DNA from: Eledone cirrhosa
Taxonomy: Eukaryota
Assembly (NCBI GenBank): GCA_964016885.1
Contig: OZ024742.1
Coordinates: forward strand, 58,094,001 to 58,158,000
DNA length: 64,000 nt
Direction of reading: 5' to 3'
Below, one piece after another: positions 12,984-25,600 of the stretch. Position 1 is the stretch's first letter. Each line of letters opens with the position of its first letter. Both the position numbers and the translations under genes were made by a program. The notes beneath the pieces are model-generated. The model did not search any database. It saw only the letters and a program-made list of their open reading frames with translations, and was not told where the DNA came from.

Positions 12984-13080
12984 GAGATGTGTAAAATCCT
13001 GACGGCAGTGCGAAGCAGTTTTGGCATGTGTCCAGCAAGCCAAAACCGCTTGGCGCTGCGGCCAGGATTTTACACATCTC
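12984..13080. repeat. 97-bp hairpin (inverted repeat)
   Basis: Perfect 18-bp outer arms GAGATGTGTAAAATCCTG/CAGGATTTTACACATCTC, with imperfect pairing continuing to GTTTTGGC/GCCAAAAC. Confidence 0.85.
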
Positions 13081-13474
13081 ACTCTCTCTCTCTATATATA
13101 TATATATGTTTGTGTGTGTGTGAAAGTTAGAAACTTCATCAGATATTTTTGACTATAGAAAAATTGTCTAAATAATAGGGCATTAACACCTATTTGCTAA
13201 ATTTGCTAAAATTTCCAAGTAATTATTTATTTCAATTTTCTTTTTACAGGCAAACTGGCCTGGTTAATCAAAGACTGGCACCTATAAATCAAAACAATGT
13301 TTTAAAAGGAAACAGATAAATGTATATAATGTAGAAAAAAAAATCTTTTAATAATCTCCCACACCCCTCGCTTTGATGTTTTTGTTTAACTGTTATCCAG
13401 TTTAGAATAGGTACACTGTATCTCCACCTATCAAAAGAAGCGACTCGAAAGGTTGGTACCTGAAAGGGCATTAA

Positions 13475-13682
13475 CCCTTTAGCATTTACATTGCTCTATA
13501 TATACTATTATATTTTCACAGTAAAGGCTTTACCTCACATAATATCGAATCTTTGAGATTTTGATATTATTTATTTTGAGAACAATGCCTTAACATCAGT
13601 ATGAGAGACCAGTTACAGCTGGTTTGAACAGAAAGAGGTGAGAGAATTCTGGCCGGATATGGCCGGTTTGAATGCTAAAGGG
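13475..13682. mobile_element. piggyBac-type MITE
   Basis: TTAA|CCCTTTAGCATT ... AATGCTAAAGGG|TTAA: 12-bp TIRs starting with CCC and a TTAA target duplication. Confidence 0.88.
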
Positions 13683-14606
13683 TTAAGGTGTAAGACATTG
13701 CTTCATAAAGGACCCCATAATGAGTATATCATAGCGCCCACATAGCTAAGCCCTTTTAGTAGGAGTTATGGCTTTATTTTATGCTTTTGTTCACAGCTGA
13801 ATAAGTCGATAGAGTAGTGGTTCCCAATATTTTCCCCACCAAGGACCCCTTTATTTAAATGTGTTCCATGGAAAACACTCACTTCATCTACTACAATTAC
13901 TTCCTCACTAGATTGTTATACAGTAATAGAATCAAAAGAAAGAAATGTTTTTTTAAATTGTTACTCACTCTAATCAATGCCACTAAAATGCAAGGGGATA
14001 CTAAGAAGAGGATAATTGATGCTGATTTGGAATTTTTGCAAATTGTTATAGTCAGGAAAGCATGAAGCTGGAAGAGAATCCCATAGGTGAGATGTGCAAG
14101 GGCAGAAACTATCATAATAGAATTTACAACTTCATTTAGGAAGCTGGTGCTGTTTAAACTCGTGAAGATGAAGCAACAAAGAGGAAAGCTCATATACTTA
14201 GAGAATGGATATCCAGTAGTATCACCATTTAACATCCATTTTCCCTGCTAGCAAGGGTTGGAGGGGTCTTCACAGAACAACTTAGTACTGAAGCTGGGCT
14301 GTTAACCTCACAGATAGGCCAGGGGTTTACATCTTGTTTACATATTCCACCAAGTGTATTTTATTGTAGCATCAGCACTAGGGAGGTTGTTGTCTCTGAC
14401 AACAGGTATTTTAATGAAGTATTTGAAATTTTGAACAAAGCTCACAGCAGACACCCAGATTGGGAATCTGGCTGTGATAGAACATGGCAAGCACTGGGTC
14501 ATGGTCTACAGATATTACACATACAGGGATAGTAATGTACAGGTTACCAATATACTAAAACAAACATTACTACTCTATCTGATTGCTGTGCTTTGAAACC
14601 ATTTTT

Positions 14607-14637
<31 letters not shown>

Positions 14638-16384
14638 CATACATGTATCTCTGCTCTCTTTACTACATCTGACATTGCAAACAATGAAATTTGTTTACGT
14701 TGTGTCAACAGAAATCCTGATACTCCGTGTTTGCATGTGCAAAGATCTGTATTTTACTTAAAAATGTGGATTAACAGCAACAAGGGAATCCAACCATAGA
14801 ATTCTGCCAGAAAAAGATTCAGCTAACCCATGATAGCACTGAAAAAGGGACATAAAACATGGTGATGATGTTGATGTCAGTAACACTTGAATTACCATAT
14901 GAACTAGAATATAAAGCGAGAAATACGTGCCCCCCCCCCCCCCCGGTAAATGGGGGGGGGGGGTTACTTGGAATCAATATTTTGACGATTTCCACCAACT
15001 TCAAAGTCTACATAAATAAGGTGCTAGAATAGCTGGAGTGATTATTTCACAATGAAACACTGTTTTTCTACATTTACTATATCTTCATGAGTTTTATTTA
15101 TACATTGTCTTGAGAACATTCCCAACAAATTTTTATTTGAATTTTTTAATGCATAAAATATCCCCTACACATATAAGCATACACGCGCCAACTGTTTTTC
15201 TGTGACATAATTATACTTTTTCTTTCAATCTAGTTTCTCATTTCACGCACGCTTTCTTTCTCTCGCTGTCTCTTCCTCCCGCTTCTACTCTGAATCCTTG
15301 TACAGTGTTCTCTTAGATGATCTCTTTCAACTATTTCCTATTCATTTCGATTGAGAAAATTACTCACGAAAAATAGCTACAGCTTTTTGGAGATGCGGAT
15401 ATATCAGATTTTGAAGGATTTGAAATTGAAAATAATGTAAATTAAACAAGTGTTTTTAATTATTCTGCAAATTTTATATATTAAAGTTATTTTTTTGCAT
15501 AGACTTTTATTTACTTATTGCAAAATATATGTATATCAATTACACCTGTCTCATGTTGGGGGTGAAATTTGAGTTTTTCTTATATTTTGAATGAATTTAG
15601 CTTTCAAAACTGTCAGAATTTTTTTTTTTTTGTTAACGAGGTGGGGGTGGGTGGGGCACACTTCCACATAGTTTGTGAGTGAATATTACACTGGTTTCAC
15701 TTTGGAGATGAAATTTCTCTTTTGTATCGTTTTTGATGAGTTGTGAATGAAAATGGCCTTCAAAATGGTTGGAAAATATCCGTTTTTTACTTAACAGATT
15801 GAGGGTCACATGCTGGCGAGATGTGAATTGCAAAAATCTACTTAAAGCTTTAATACTTGCACAACATTAAATTGTTTCCAATTTTTTTATGGTTTGTATT
15901 TCATTGGATAAGTATATTAAATAAAAATCAGTTACATTCAGGAGATGGCACTATTGTCTGCTGCTAATAAAAAAAAACATTTTTAATTCTCCTAGCATTT
16001 GAGTAGCCAAAAGTAAAGAATTTGAGAAACTTATTGAAACTTTATAAAACAGATGAAATGGTAAAAAAAGTCATTATGCAGTGGATTTGTGAAACAAAAA
16101 CTATACCCTAAATGACACTTAAAACATTTTAAATATCAAAGTATTAAAACTTCATAAATATTTTCTCCATTCATGAGGATTTCAAAGCTGCACCATGTGT
16201 TGATTAGTTGCCTTGGCTTTTAAACAGGGTATTTGCTCATTCCTCAGGCATAAGATGGCTTATATTCGAGTATATATGGTAGTACATAAATAACCACATA
16301 TATTCATACATCAGGTGTTATTTTCTAGCAAAAAATTCCTGTGTATAGCCCCTTTTCCAGTTAACCTGTCACATTGTTGGGTCA

Positions 16385-16625
16385 TCAGGAGATGGGAACA
16401 GAGGTTGATGGTCATGAACATAAGGAAACGAAAGCTACAATACTTTAGCCATGTCTTTAGGGCCCAGAACCTCTGCACCGACATCGTGAAGGACTCAACA
16501 ACAGCAGAAGAATGAAAGGAAAACCAAGGTTATTTGGGAGTGATGACATCAGGGAATGGATTGGAAAAACACTGGTGGACAGCATGGTTGTGGCAAGGGA
16601 GAGACGCTAGTGGAGGACATTGATG
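16385..16625 (+). mobile_element. Old RTE-like LINE C-terminal fragment
   Basis: IRKRKLQYFSHVFR..GKPR, the R-L-x-Y/W-F-G-H-V-x-R motif that follows the RT. Confidence 0.55.
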
Positions 16626-16669
16626 GAATTGCCACCGACCCTCAGTAATGAGGATGGGAACTGAAGAAG

Positions 16670-16952
16670 CATGACTGTGAGGGAAGAAACTCATTCTTAA
16701 ACCGTGAGAGTATATCCTGGTTTCATGTGGTGTTAAGTACAAGACTTCACTTTGAATGGGACAGTAGTCTATCGCAAAGTTAACCCTTCCCCAAGTTGCT
16801 GCTGCTGGTACTCAGAGTTTGTTTATGCTGAATCAACTGGAACATATAGTGAAGTGCTTAGCTCAAGGACACAATGCTCTATGTGGTTGAGAACTGAACT
16901 CACAACACAAGTAATATGAGCTCAAGATCCTAACCACTAGGCAATGTGCCCT
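16670..16952 (-). mobile_element. tRNA-derived SINE, degenerate
   Basis: Minus strand GCACATTGCCTAGTGGTTAGG..GTGAGTTCAGTTC..TGTCCTTGAGCTAAGCACTT. Confidence 0.7.
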
Positions 16953-17329
16953 GGGAAGATTCAAATTAAAAAAATATTCAAATAATAAAAAAACCATAAA
17001 TTTCAAAAACTGATTTATTTTCCAAAAAATTTCATTTATTTTTCTCTTTACATAATTTAGGAGAGAAAATATAAATAAAATATAAAACACATATAATTAA
17101 TTTTATTAAATATCATTAGTTATTTTAAAACATCATAACCAATGAAAAAGAAACAAAAATATCCATAAAATCTTTTTTAAATGACCCCACCCCCTGACCT
17201 CTAAAAAAACCAAAAAAAAACACTTAGCTTATAAAAAAAATTTTTTTCCAGTAAAAAAATTCAGTTTAAAAAAGCTCCTTGTCATGAAATGAACTCTATT
17301 ATTTACATGCTTTGCTTTTAGAAGCTGCT

Positions 17330-18560
17330 AATAGGTTAAATCGAACATTTAATGAAAAAAAGAGCTGAATCGATCAACATTCTTGGTTATGTTATTAGTC
17401 ATAATAACCTAAATTCGTTAGCAAAAGTGGAACAACTCCGTTCTGTTTAATTATTTATCTTACATCTTTACATCGAAGAAATTCTGTACCGAGCAAGACA
17501 TGACGGCATACTGGTTGAATAGAAGCAATAATGACAACTTCATGAAAGCTATAGCACATCAATATGATAGCGTTATGAAAATAGTGTTAGAGTGCGAAAA
17601 GTTGAAAACACTAGCAAGACCATTCGGTGTGAAGTTCGAAACAATGAACTGTGAGTACTTTAATCAATGCGGGTTGTATCTAAATGTAGATACGTCACTG
17701 AAAGTTATTAGAACCATACTAATGACTCAGTGTATTATAGAATCTAATTTTGTTAATCAGGTATGGGAATTACTGACTCTGAAAGCACAAAAAAGGAACT
17801 TGTTAGTATTACGAGGCCTGCCTAACACAGGCAAGAGTATGATAGCAAGCAAGGTCTATAGCAGATCTATTGACACACGTGTCAACTGTTCAGGGGACAT
17901 CTAGCTTCCCCTTCCAAAACTTGATTAATGTGGAGATAGGTTTAGTCAAAGAACCGTCGTTCACGTAAACTCTTCAAACTTTTAAGAAACTTGCCGAAGG
18001 AGTGGATACAGAGGTGATGGTGAAATTTAAATTAGATCAGACAGTCAAGCGAACTCTGCTTATCATAACATCTAATACAAGGTTTGATTCACAGGCACCG
18101 GCAGCTGAAAGACATGCATTCATAACAAGATATTTTGAGTTGCTTTTCAATACACAATCACCATTCTTGAAACATGTCAGAAAACGATTAAATCCTGGAA
18201 TATGGAATGTATTATTTTACGAACATTGCTTTTCTTTAATTTCAAATGAACAAAGCAACTCATCGGATGAACATCTTGCCTTCATTCTAGATGAGTACGA
18301 AAGAAAATGTGGCGAACAACGTGACAAAGGCTGTACTGAAGCCAACAGACAAGGTGGATTGAGGACTCCGACTAGAGCTGGAAGCAGAGACACATTTCCC
18401 TGCACACCATAACAAGGAACGTTGCTCTCCACAACAGAATAAGGAGAATGTGCCTCCGAAGACGATTTCACCTCAGAACCAAGATGGGAAAAATATAAAT
18501 GGTTACTGAAGTCAAACAGAGATGCACCAAGTTCAGTTTTAGTATCAGATTCCGACTTTT
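17330..18560 (+). pseudogene. Endogenous parvovirus/densovirus-like NS1 (superfamily 3 helicase) pseudogene
   Basis: KRNLLVLRGLPNTGKS (Walker A); after a frameshift FPFQNLINVEIGLVKEP (Walker B), FKKLAEGVDTEVMVKFK (B') and LLIITSN (motif C), in the Parvoviridae NS1 order and spacing; disrupted by a stop and a frameshift. Confidence 0.85.
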
Positions 18561-18571
18561 AAGCTTTTTAT

Positions 18572-18690
18572 ATTGCATGTCATAATTATATAATTTTCAA
18601 TGCATGGTTTTCATTATACTATATTTTCTTCTTGCATGTCATAATTATATAATTTTCAATGCATGGTTTTCATTATTTTATATTTTCTTC
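18572..18690. repeat. Two-copy ~59-bp tandem repeat followed by AATAAA and an A-rich tract
   Basis: TTGCATGTCATAATTATATAATTTTCAATGCATGGTTTTCATTAT..TATATTTTCTTC twice. Confidence 0.85.
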
Positions 18691-18899
18691 ATGGCAATAA
18701 AAAATCAAACAAAAAAAAATAAATTAAAAAGAATGAGAAAATAGAAGAAAAATGGAAACCAGCCGGGAGGTTGGTTTCCATAAAAAAACGGCGATCAATG
18801 CACTGTTCAAAGTAGTCGCTAGGTTGAATGCTTAGAATGGCCGAAATAGATTGAGAAGCTTTGCTTTAAAGAATGCGTCAACAGCATTAAGTGCTTTAT

Positions 18900-19230
18900 T
18901 CAACAGTGCCATTCTAGTAACATACGTATGATGGGAGACTTTAATCTACCCTGTATTGATTGGTCTACTAACAGTTTGAAACCAGGCATCCCACCTCAAC
19001 CGCTGACAAAGAAGCAGTTGATTCACTTCTCGACTGTTTGAATGAGTTTTTCTTGTCCCAACTCGTCCTTGCACCAACAAGATATCAAAAGAACATTTTG
19101 GACCTAGTGCTTAGTAACCACACTAACACTATACATAATATTACAGTGGAAAAAAACCCTTCTTTCTGACCATGATATGGTTCTTTGTAACCTGAGATTC
19201 CACCAGCTGAAAGCTAATCCTAGTGATATG
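18900..19230 (+). mobile_element. CR1-group LINE APE endonuclease fragment
   Basis: MGDFNLPCIDW..QLVLAPTR..NILDLVLSN..SDHDMV. Confidence 0.8.
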
Positions 19231-19231
19231 A

Positions 19232-19400
19232 AATTAGCTGGTTGAAATTATCAAATGCAAAAGCCTACACGAACGGGATGTCCCAATGCGGATTATGCAA
19301 TACGGAATTACTCCATATTCTGCAATATAATAAAACACTACTTAACAGCAAAATCGAGCAGACAATTTTCTGTAGGCACAAAGCCACTAGTTAATTTTGA
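19232..19400 (+). mobile_element. PLE GIY-YIG C-terminal fragment
   Basis: AKAYTNGMSQCGLCNTELLHILQYNKTLLNSKIEQTIFCRHK. Confidence 0.75.
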
Positions 19401-19589
19401 AATTTTTTATGACCATGCTGTAAAATGGAGGGGTAGAGAGGGCCCTTGAGTCTAGTAAGACATCCTCTCTAGTGGTGGTGGCACAAATAAAAGCACCCAG
19501 TCCATGCTGTAAAGTGGCGCTGGTGTTAGGAAGGGCATCCAACCAGTGTATTAATGCCAAAACGATTATCAGCACAGCAACAAATAGAT

Positions 19590-21692
19590 AGGAACAACAA
19601 AATATGAAGACGTCGCATCTCAGAGTTTCAACACTTAATATTGGCACTCTCAGAGGTAGATCTGCTGAAATAGCAGAGATGCTGGAGAGAAGGCATGTGG
19701 ATGTGTGCTGCGTGCAAGAGGTGAGATGCCTCTGCGAGACTAGTTGTAGGCAAACATCTTAGCTATAAGCTTTTCTGGGTAGGTAAGGATGATGGGTTAG
19801 GGGGAGTAGGCATTTTCCTGGCTGAGAGATGGATCAATAAGACAATAGAGGTAGTTTGAGTTAGTAATCGAATAATTAAGCTTAGATTAGTTGTAGGCAG
19901 GAGACTACTGACAATCATCTCTGCCTATGCTCCCCAAGCAAGCCTAGGCAAAGAAAGACTGCTTTTATGAGCAACTTTTACAAACAACCGCAATGACAGA
20001 GGATGGAGACATCGTTATGCTAGCAGGGGACTTCAATGGTCATGTTGGACAGCTCCAGGATGTTTACACTGGGGTACATGGTGGGCACGGTTACGGCTCA
20101 AGAAATGAAGAAGGAGTGAGACTTCTTGAATTTTGTGATGCAAGTACACAGTATTTGCAACACTAACTTCCAGAAACCTGCCAACCACCTAATAACATAC
20201 AAATCTGGCGAGCACATAAGCCAGATTGACTTCTTACTAGTTAGGCAGCGGGACAGACAGATGGTGTCAAATACTAAGGCATACCCCAGGGAAGAATGTT
20301 CCCCACAGCATAGGTTAGTCGTTAGTGATATCTCAGTAAGCAAGCGATGGAATGAGACATACAGGAAGGTGTGGAGAAGAAAGGTCTGGAAGCTAAAAGA
20401 CCTTTCACTAAAATACAAATTTAGGAAAGCCCTTCAAGATGTGTATAACAAAAAAGAAGACGATTTAGAGACGTATGACAGATAATGACTGGAATTTCTT
20501 ACGTGACAACTTACTGCAGGCTACTGATGAAACTTGTGGCTGGAGCAGAGCTCCAACCAGACAGAGAGTGACCTGGTGGTGGAACAGCACAGTAGATAAG
20601 GCCATTAGAGACAAAAGACTAGCATGGAAGGCTTGGAAAAAGGGTGGGAGTAGGGAAGGATATACAGCCGCTAAGAGAGAAGCAAGACGTCAGGTGTACT
20701 TAGCACGCAGGGAGGCTGAGAGTAGGAGGTTTGCCAATGTTCTGCGATGAGAAGATCAGAGGCGTGCGGTGGTCCACATTGCAAAGCAGTGTGTCAATGC
20801 AAATCAGGATGTTGTTGGAGATAAATGTGTCCGGAATGATGCCGGTGTACTTAGTGTCATGAATGATCAGAAAAAGGAGGCCTGGAAATGTCATTATGAG
20901 AGACTGATGAATGTGGAGAACGAATGGGAAAGAGAGAAATTACCCTCAGTAGATCTGACAGAGGGACCAGTATTGAGATTGACGAATATAGGGTCCAAGA
21001 GTCAATTAAGGAAATGAAAAATGGTAGGGCTGCTGGACCATCGAGGATAGTTGCTGAGATGCTGAAGGCATCAGGGGACGTAGGAACTAAACTGGTTGCA
21101 CTCATCATCAATCAGGCTATATATGGTGGTGTCATACCCAAAGACTGGTGCAGCAATATTCTCATAAATTGCTACAAAGGTAAAGGGGTTGCTCTGGAGG
21201 GGGGCAATTATAGGGGTATAAAACTGATGGATCAGGTTATGAAAGTGGCAGAAAGGATATTAGCACAACTAATTAGAGAAAGGGTCAAACTAGATGAGAT
21301 GCAGTTTGGTTTTGTACCTGGGAAGAGTACAACAGATGCCCTCTTCTTGGTGAGACAATTACAAGAGAGGTTCTTAGAGAAAAATAAGCCACTATACTTA
21401 GCCTTTGTTGACCTAGAGAGGGCCTTTGATATGGTACCCCGATCTGTCATCTGTTGGTCCCTAAGGAAACTAGGTGTTGAGGAATGGCTTGTGAGGACAG
21501 TGCAAACTTTGTACAGAGGTGTTGTCAGTAAAGTGAGGGTAGGAATGGAGTTTAGTGAGGAATTCCAGATACAAGTAGGAGTACATCAAGGTTTGGCCCT
21601 CAGCCCGCTCTTGTTCATTATAATCCTCCAAGCCATAACAGAGGAATTTAAGACTGGCTGCCCATGGGAACTTCTCTATGTTGACGATCTGG
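19590..21692 (+). mobile_element. RTE-clade LINE (APE endonuclease plus partial RT), decayed and 3'-truncated
   Basis: Homologous to 38490-41529: GDFNGHVG, WWWN, YKGKG, NYRGIKL, QFGF, FVDLERAFD, GVHQG, ELLYVDD; many stops and frameshifts. Confidence 0.93.
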
Positions 21693-22940
21693 TTCCACTG
21701 CCAATTAAAGGCCGCTCTTCGCGCCTATCAAGACTCTCAACGTTTGAGCGAGTACCTTCCTATTGTGTTGTTAGGAATTTGGTCATCAATAAAGGAGGAC
21801 CTTGGGTTCTCCCCGGCCGAATTACTGTATGGTGCTGCTCTAGCGTTGCCTGGGCAAATGCTTGCCCTTGTTGATCTTGCTTTCCAGGACCCTGTTTCCT
21901 ACGTATCTCGTTTGCGCTCCTATTTTCAGGACTTACCGCCCATGAATACTAGGAAACAAACTATTAAAGCTGCAGTCCCGAGGGATATTGCCTCGTGGAC
22001 ACATGTATTCGTCAGAAATGATGCGGTTACTCCACCCCTCACACAACCATACTCTGGACCCTACCGTGTGTTAGCACATACTGACAAACATTTCACTGTA
22101 GACAATTTCGGTGGATAGACTAAAAAGGGCATACAATGACGCTCATACACCCGAGCCACAAATACCTCAATCTTTCTCTCTTGTGCATACACCTGCTCCT
22201 TCTGCCCCATCTTCACCTACATACAAGACCACGACCCGTTCCGATCAAAGAATCCACTGGCCCAAAAATCTCTGCCAAACTGTTTTCATGTGAACTGGCC
22301 ACTGGAGCCTTATTTTTTGTGTGTTTTTCTCTTTATTGTATTACCATGTACCTTTTCGTTACCATCTCATGCCTGTACCTTTTCGTTACCATTTCATGCC
22401 TGTGCTGGGAGCCCATGCTTGTGGGTTCGCTACAATTACCTTTAGGCTTTTCGCCTAGCGTCTGGAGGAGGGTACTGTAGCGTCCCCTTACGGCTGTGAC
22501 TCAGCACCTATAGGAGTTGCGTCCCTTTATGACGGTCGTAACTCAGCATGTATAGGAGTTGCGTCCCTTTACGATGGTCGTAACTCAGCATGTATAAGAG
22601 TTACGACCCTTTGCGACGGTCGCGATTCCCATTGGCAGATTCATGTACTAAATGGAGTTGCGTCCCCCTGGGGACTATATATTTGAGGACAATCAAGGCA
22701 TAACCCTCTCTTGCATCCTGAACTTCGAAGGAAGAAGAAGAACCTTACCAAGAGAAGATTTCTGTTCTTCTCTACACACTCCAGTCTGGGAGTTGTGACC
22801 AACTGAACATCAACATGTGGTAACAATTATTTATATCAATTTATTTGACTTCTGTGAAGTAAAACCATGTCACAACACTCACCTGCATTTATTGTCATTC
22901 TTGATAATATATATATACACTGATACTAATATCCTAAAAT
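21693..22940 (+). mobile_element. Gypsy LTR retrotransposon 3' end: integrase C-terminus, PPT and LTR (LTR about 22476-22940)
   Basis: FHCQLKAAL..LPIVLLGI..SPAELLYG..GPYRVL; PPT GGAGGAGGGTAC followed by TG at 22476; ~43-bp tandem subrepeats in the LTR. Confidence 0.88.
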
Positions 22941-23298
22941 GTCATTGGAGAGAAGTGTATTGGGAATGATAAAGGTGAGCTTGCCCTCACAAGTGCTGAG
23001 AAGATGCATGGAAGAGCCATTATGATAGATTACTAAATGAGAAGAATGCATGGGAAGAAGAGACCCTATAGAGGGGCCAGCAGTACAAGTCAGCAGCAGC
23101 GTAGTAAGGCAATCAAAGATATGAAGATGGGGAAGGCAACCAGTCCATCGGGTATAGCTGCCGAGATGCTGAAAGCATCTGGGTCTGTAGGTCACACTAT
23201 AACCACACGTAGTGTTAACCAGGTAATACTAGGTGTCATACCAAAAGATTGGTGCAGTAGCATCATTGTCAACTGCTACAAAGGTAAAGGTGATGCAT
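22941..23298 (+). mobile_element. RTE LINE internal fragment
   Basis: KAIKDMKMGKATSPSGIAAEMLKASG..IPKDWCSSIIVNCYKGKGDA. Confidence 0.9.
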
Positions 23299-24163
23299 AA
23301 AAAGGGCATACAATGACGCTCATACACCCAAGCCACAAATACCCCAATCTTTCTCTCTTGTGCATACACCTGCTCCTTCTGCCCCACCTTCACCTACATA
23401 CAAGACCACGACCCGTTCCGGTCGAAGAGTCCACTGGCCCAAAAAACTCTGCCAAACTGTTTTCATGTGAACTGGCCACTGGAGCCCTTTTTGTTTTTTT
23501 CTTTATTGTATTACTATGTATACATGTACCTTTTTGTTACTATTTCATGCCTGATTTATACATGTACCTTTTTATTACTATTTCATGCCCGATTTATACA
23601 TGTACCTTTTCGTTACTATTTCATGCCTGATTTATGCATGTACCTTTGCGTTAATATTTCATGCCTGTGCTGGGAGCCCATGCTTGTGGGTTCGCTACAG
23701 TTACCTTCGGGCTTTTCGCCTGTCGTCTGGAGGAGGGTACTGTAGCGGCCCCTTACGGCTGTAACTCAGCACTATAGGAGTTGCGTTCCTTTGTGACGGT
23801 CGCGACTCCCAGTGGCAGATACGTATAGGAGTTGCGTCCCTTCGTGACGGTCGCGACTCCCGGTGGCAGATCGATGTACTAAATGGAGTTGCGTCCCCTT
23901 GGGGACGATATATTTAAGAACATCAAGACATTATCTCTTTCACTTCCTGCACTGGCAACCGAAAGGACCACTTGAACCTTACCAAGAGAAGATTTCTGCT
24001 CTTTACACGGTCCGGTCGGGGAGTTGAGACCCTCACGACATGTGGTAAAAATTATTTCTATTAATTTATTTGACTTCTGTGAAGTAAAACCATGTCACAA
24101 CACTCACCTGCATTTATTGTCATTCTTAATAATATATATACACTGATACCAACATTCTAAAAT
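23299..24163 (+). mobile_element. Second copy of the same Gypsy 3' end and LTR (LTR about 23741-24163)
   Basis: Homologous to 22121-22940; same PPT-TG junction; expanded ~36-bp tandem repeats at 23520-23670. Confidence 0.88.
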
Positions 24164-25600
24164 ACCTTCTTACGTGTATCGACCGTTTACACGTTGGCCT
24201 GAAGCCATTCCTCTTGAAGAGATTTCAGCAGAATCAGTAGCCCGAGCTCTGATGTCTGGCTGGATTTCGCGATACGGTGTCCCTTCCACGATCACCACTG
24301 ACCATGGCGGACAATTTGAATCACATCTCTTTCATGAACTTTCTAAAATCTTAGGGATACATCGGATTAGAACTATTAGTTACCATCCGGCGTGAAATGG
24401 CATGATGGAACGCTTTCATCAACAATTAAAAGCAGCAAAAATGGAGTGAATATCTACCAATTGTTCTTCTTGGCTGTCGCGTGGCAGTCAGGGAGGATCT
24501 CGGTTATTCCCCAACGGAATTGCTGTACAGAACACCTTTATCCTTGCCGGGACAGATGTTAGTCCCAGTCGATGCATTGCTGGAAGATCCTACGTTATAT
24601 ATTAACCGTTTGCAATCATATTTCAACGATCTTCCGCCTATGGGAACACGTCAACAGACGATTAAATCTTTGGTTCCTAAAAATATTACTTCTTGGACTC
24701 ACATTTTTCTACGTAGACTCAGTAAAAGGACCACTTGTGCCACTCTATACATGACCCTACCGTGTCCTGGCAAACACAGTTTCTGTAGATAGGATTAAAC
24801 AGGCCTTTACAGACGCTCCACCAGTTGAACACCATACACCCCCCCCCCCACATACAATACATTGCATGTTGAACCTTCACAAGCATACTCACCCACAACA
24901 TCACACCCACCTTCATTACCGTCACCCACATGTGTTACGACGACTCGTAGTGGTCGTAGAGTACATTGGCCTCAGAGATTGAGTAAAACAATCTATATGT
25001 GAACTGTGATATTGTTCAAAATTTTGACTCTTATGTAAACAATTTCTTTTGCTTGTTCAATTATGTTATGTTTCATTTTTCTTGGTTGTATTCATGCATG
25101 TATTTTTTCTCGGTGTACCCGATGATTTTTTATTGTTTGATGTCATGTAGACATATTGCATATTTAGCACTACTCATGTATTGATATAGATCTTCAATCT
25201 AAACGGAGGGTACTGTAGTGAACAGAATTATTATGCATTTACCTTTGGCGGAAGAATGGTGTCACAGAAGTGAATTGGCTGAAGTAGCCAATCAGAGCCC
25301 TCAGCGGATCGAGACAAGTTGCTGGACTACTTGGACCAGAGACACAGTTGGCTGACAGGCTGAGAGAGACAGAGTTCACTGAACGACCAGTATCAAGATG
25401 TCCGACATTTGATATGCCACATTCTTTCACATCTCCACTGGAATATGCAGCCAACACGATGTGAAGACTTGCTCAACCTTCTCTTATTATTTTCGATTCC
25501 ACATTTGTACAACAAATAAAAGGGAATTTTTGTTATAACGGATTATGTCGTTTTTGTCATTACCTTCTGAATCGATAAATATAATATCATCTCCAGCGAC
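24164..25600 (+). mobile_element. Different Gypsy element: integrase core, PPT and LTR (LTR from 25214)
   Basis: [40 protein letters not shown]; GGAGGGTAC then TGTAG at 25214; AATAAA near 25516. Confidence 0.85.

Noticed and set aside
14925-15660. Possible DNA-transposon remnant (C/G homopolymer ends, acidic DISDFEGF-like peptide)
   Set aside because: No convincing TIR/TSD pair or catalytic motif could be established by eye
18752-18821. Helitron 3' end (hairpin plus CTAG)
   Set aside because: The hairpin is about 37 nt from the CTAG, farther than typical, and no linked Helitron sequence is present
22476-24163. Paired LTRs of a single provirus
   Set aside because: Both LTRs are preceded by a PPT and integrase tail, so both are 3' LTRs, and they are diverged
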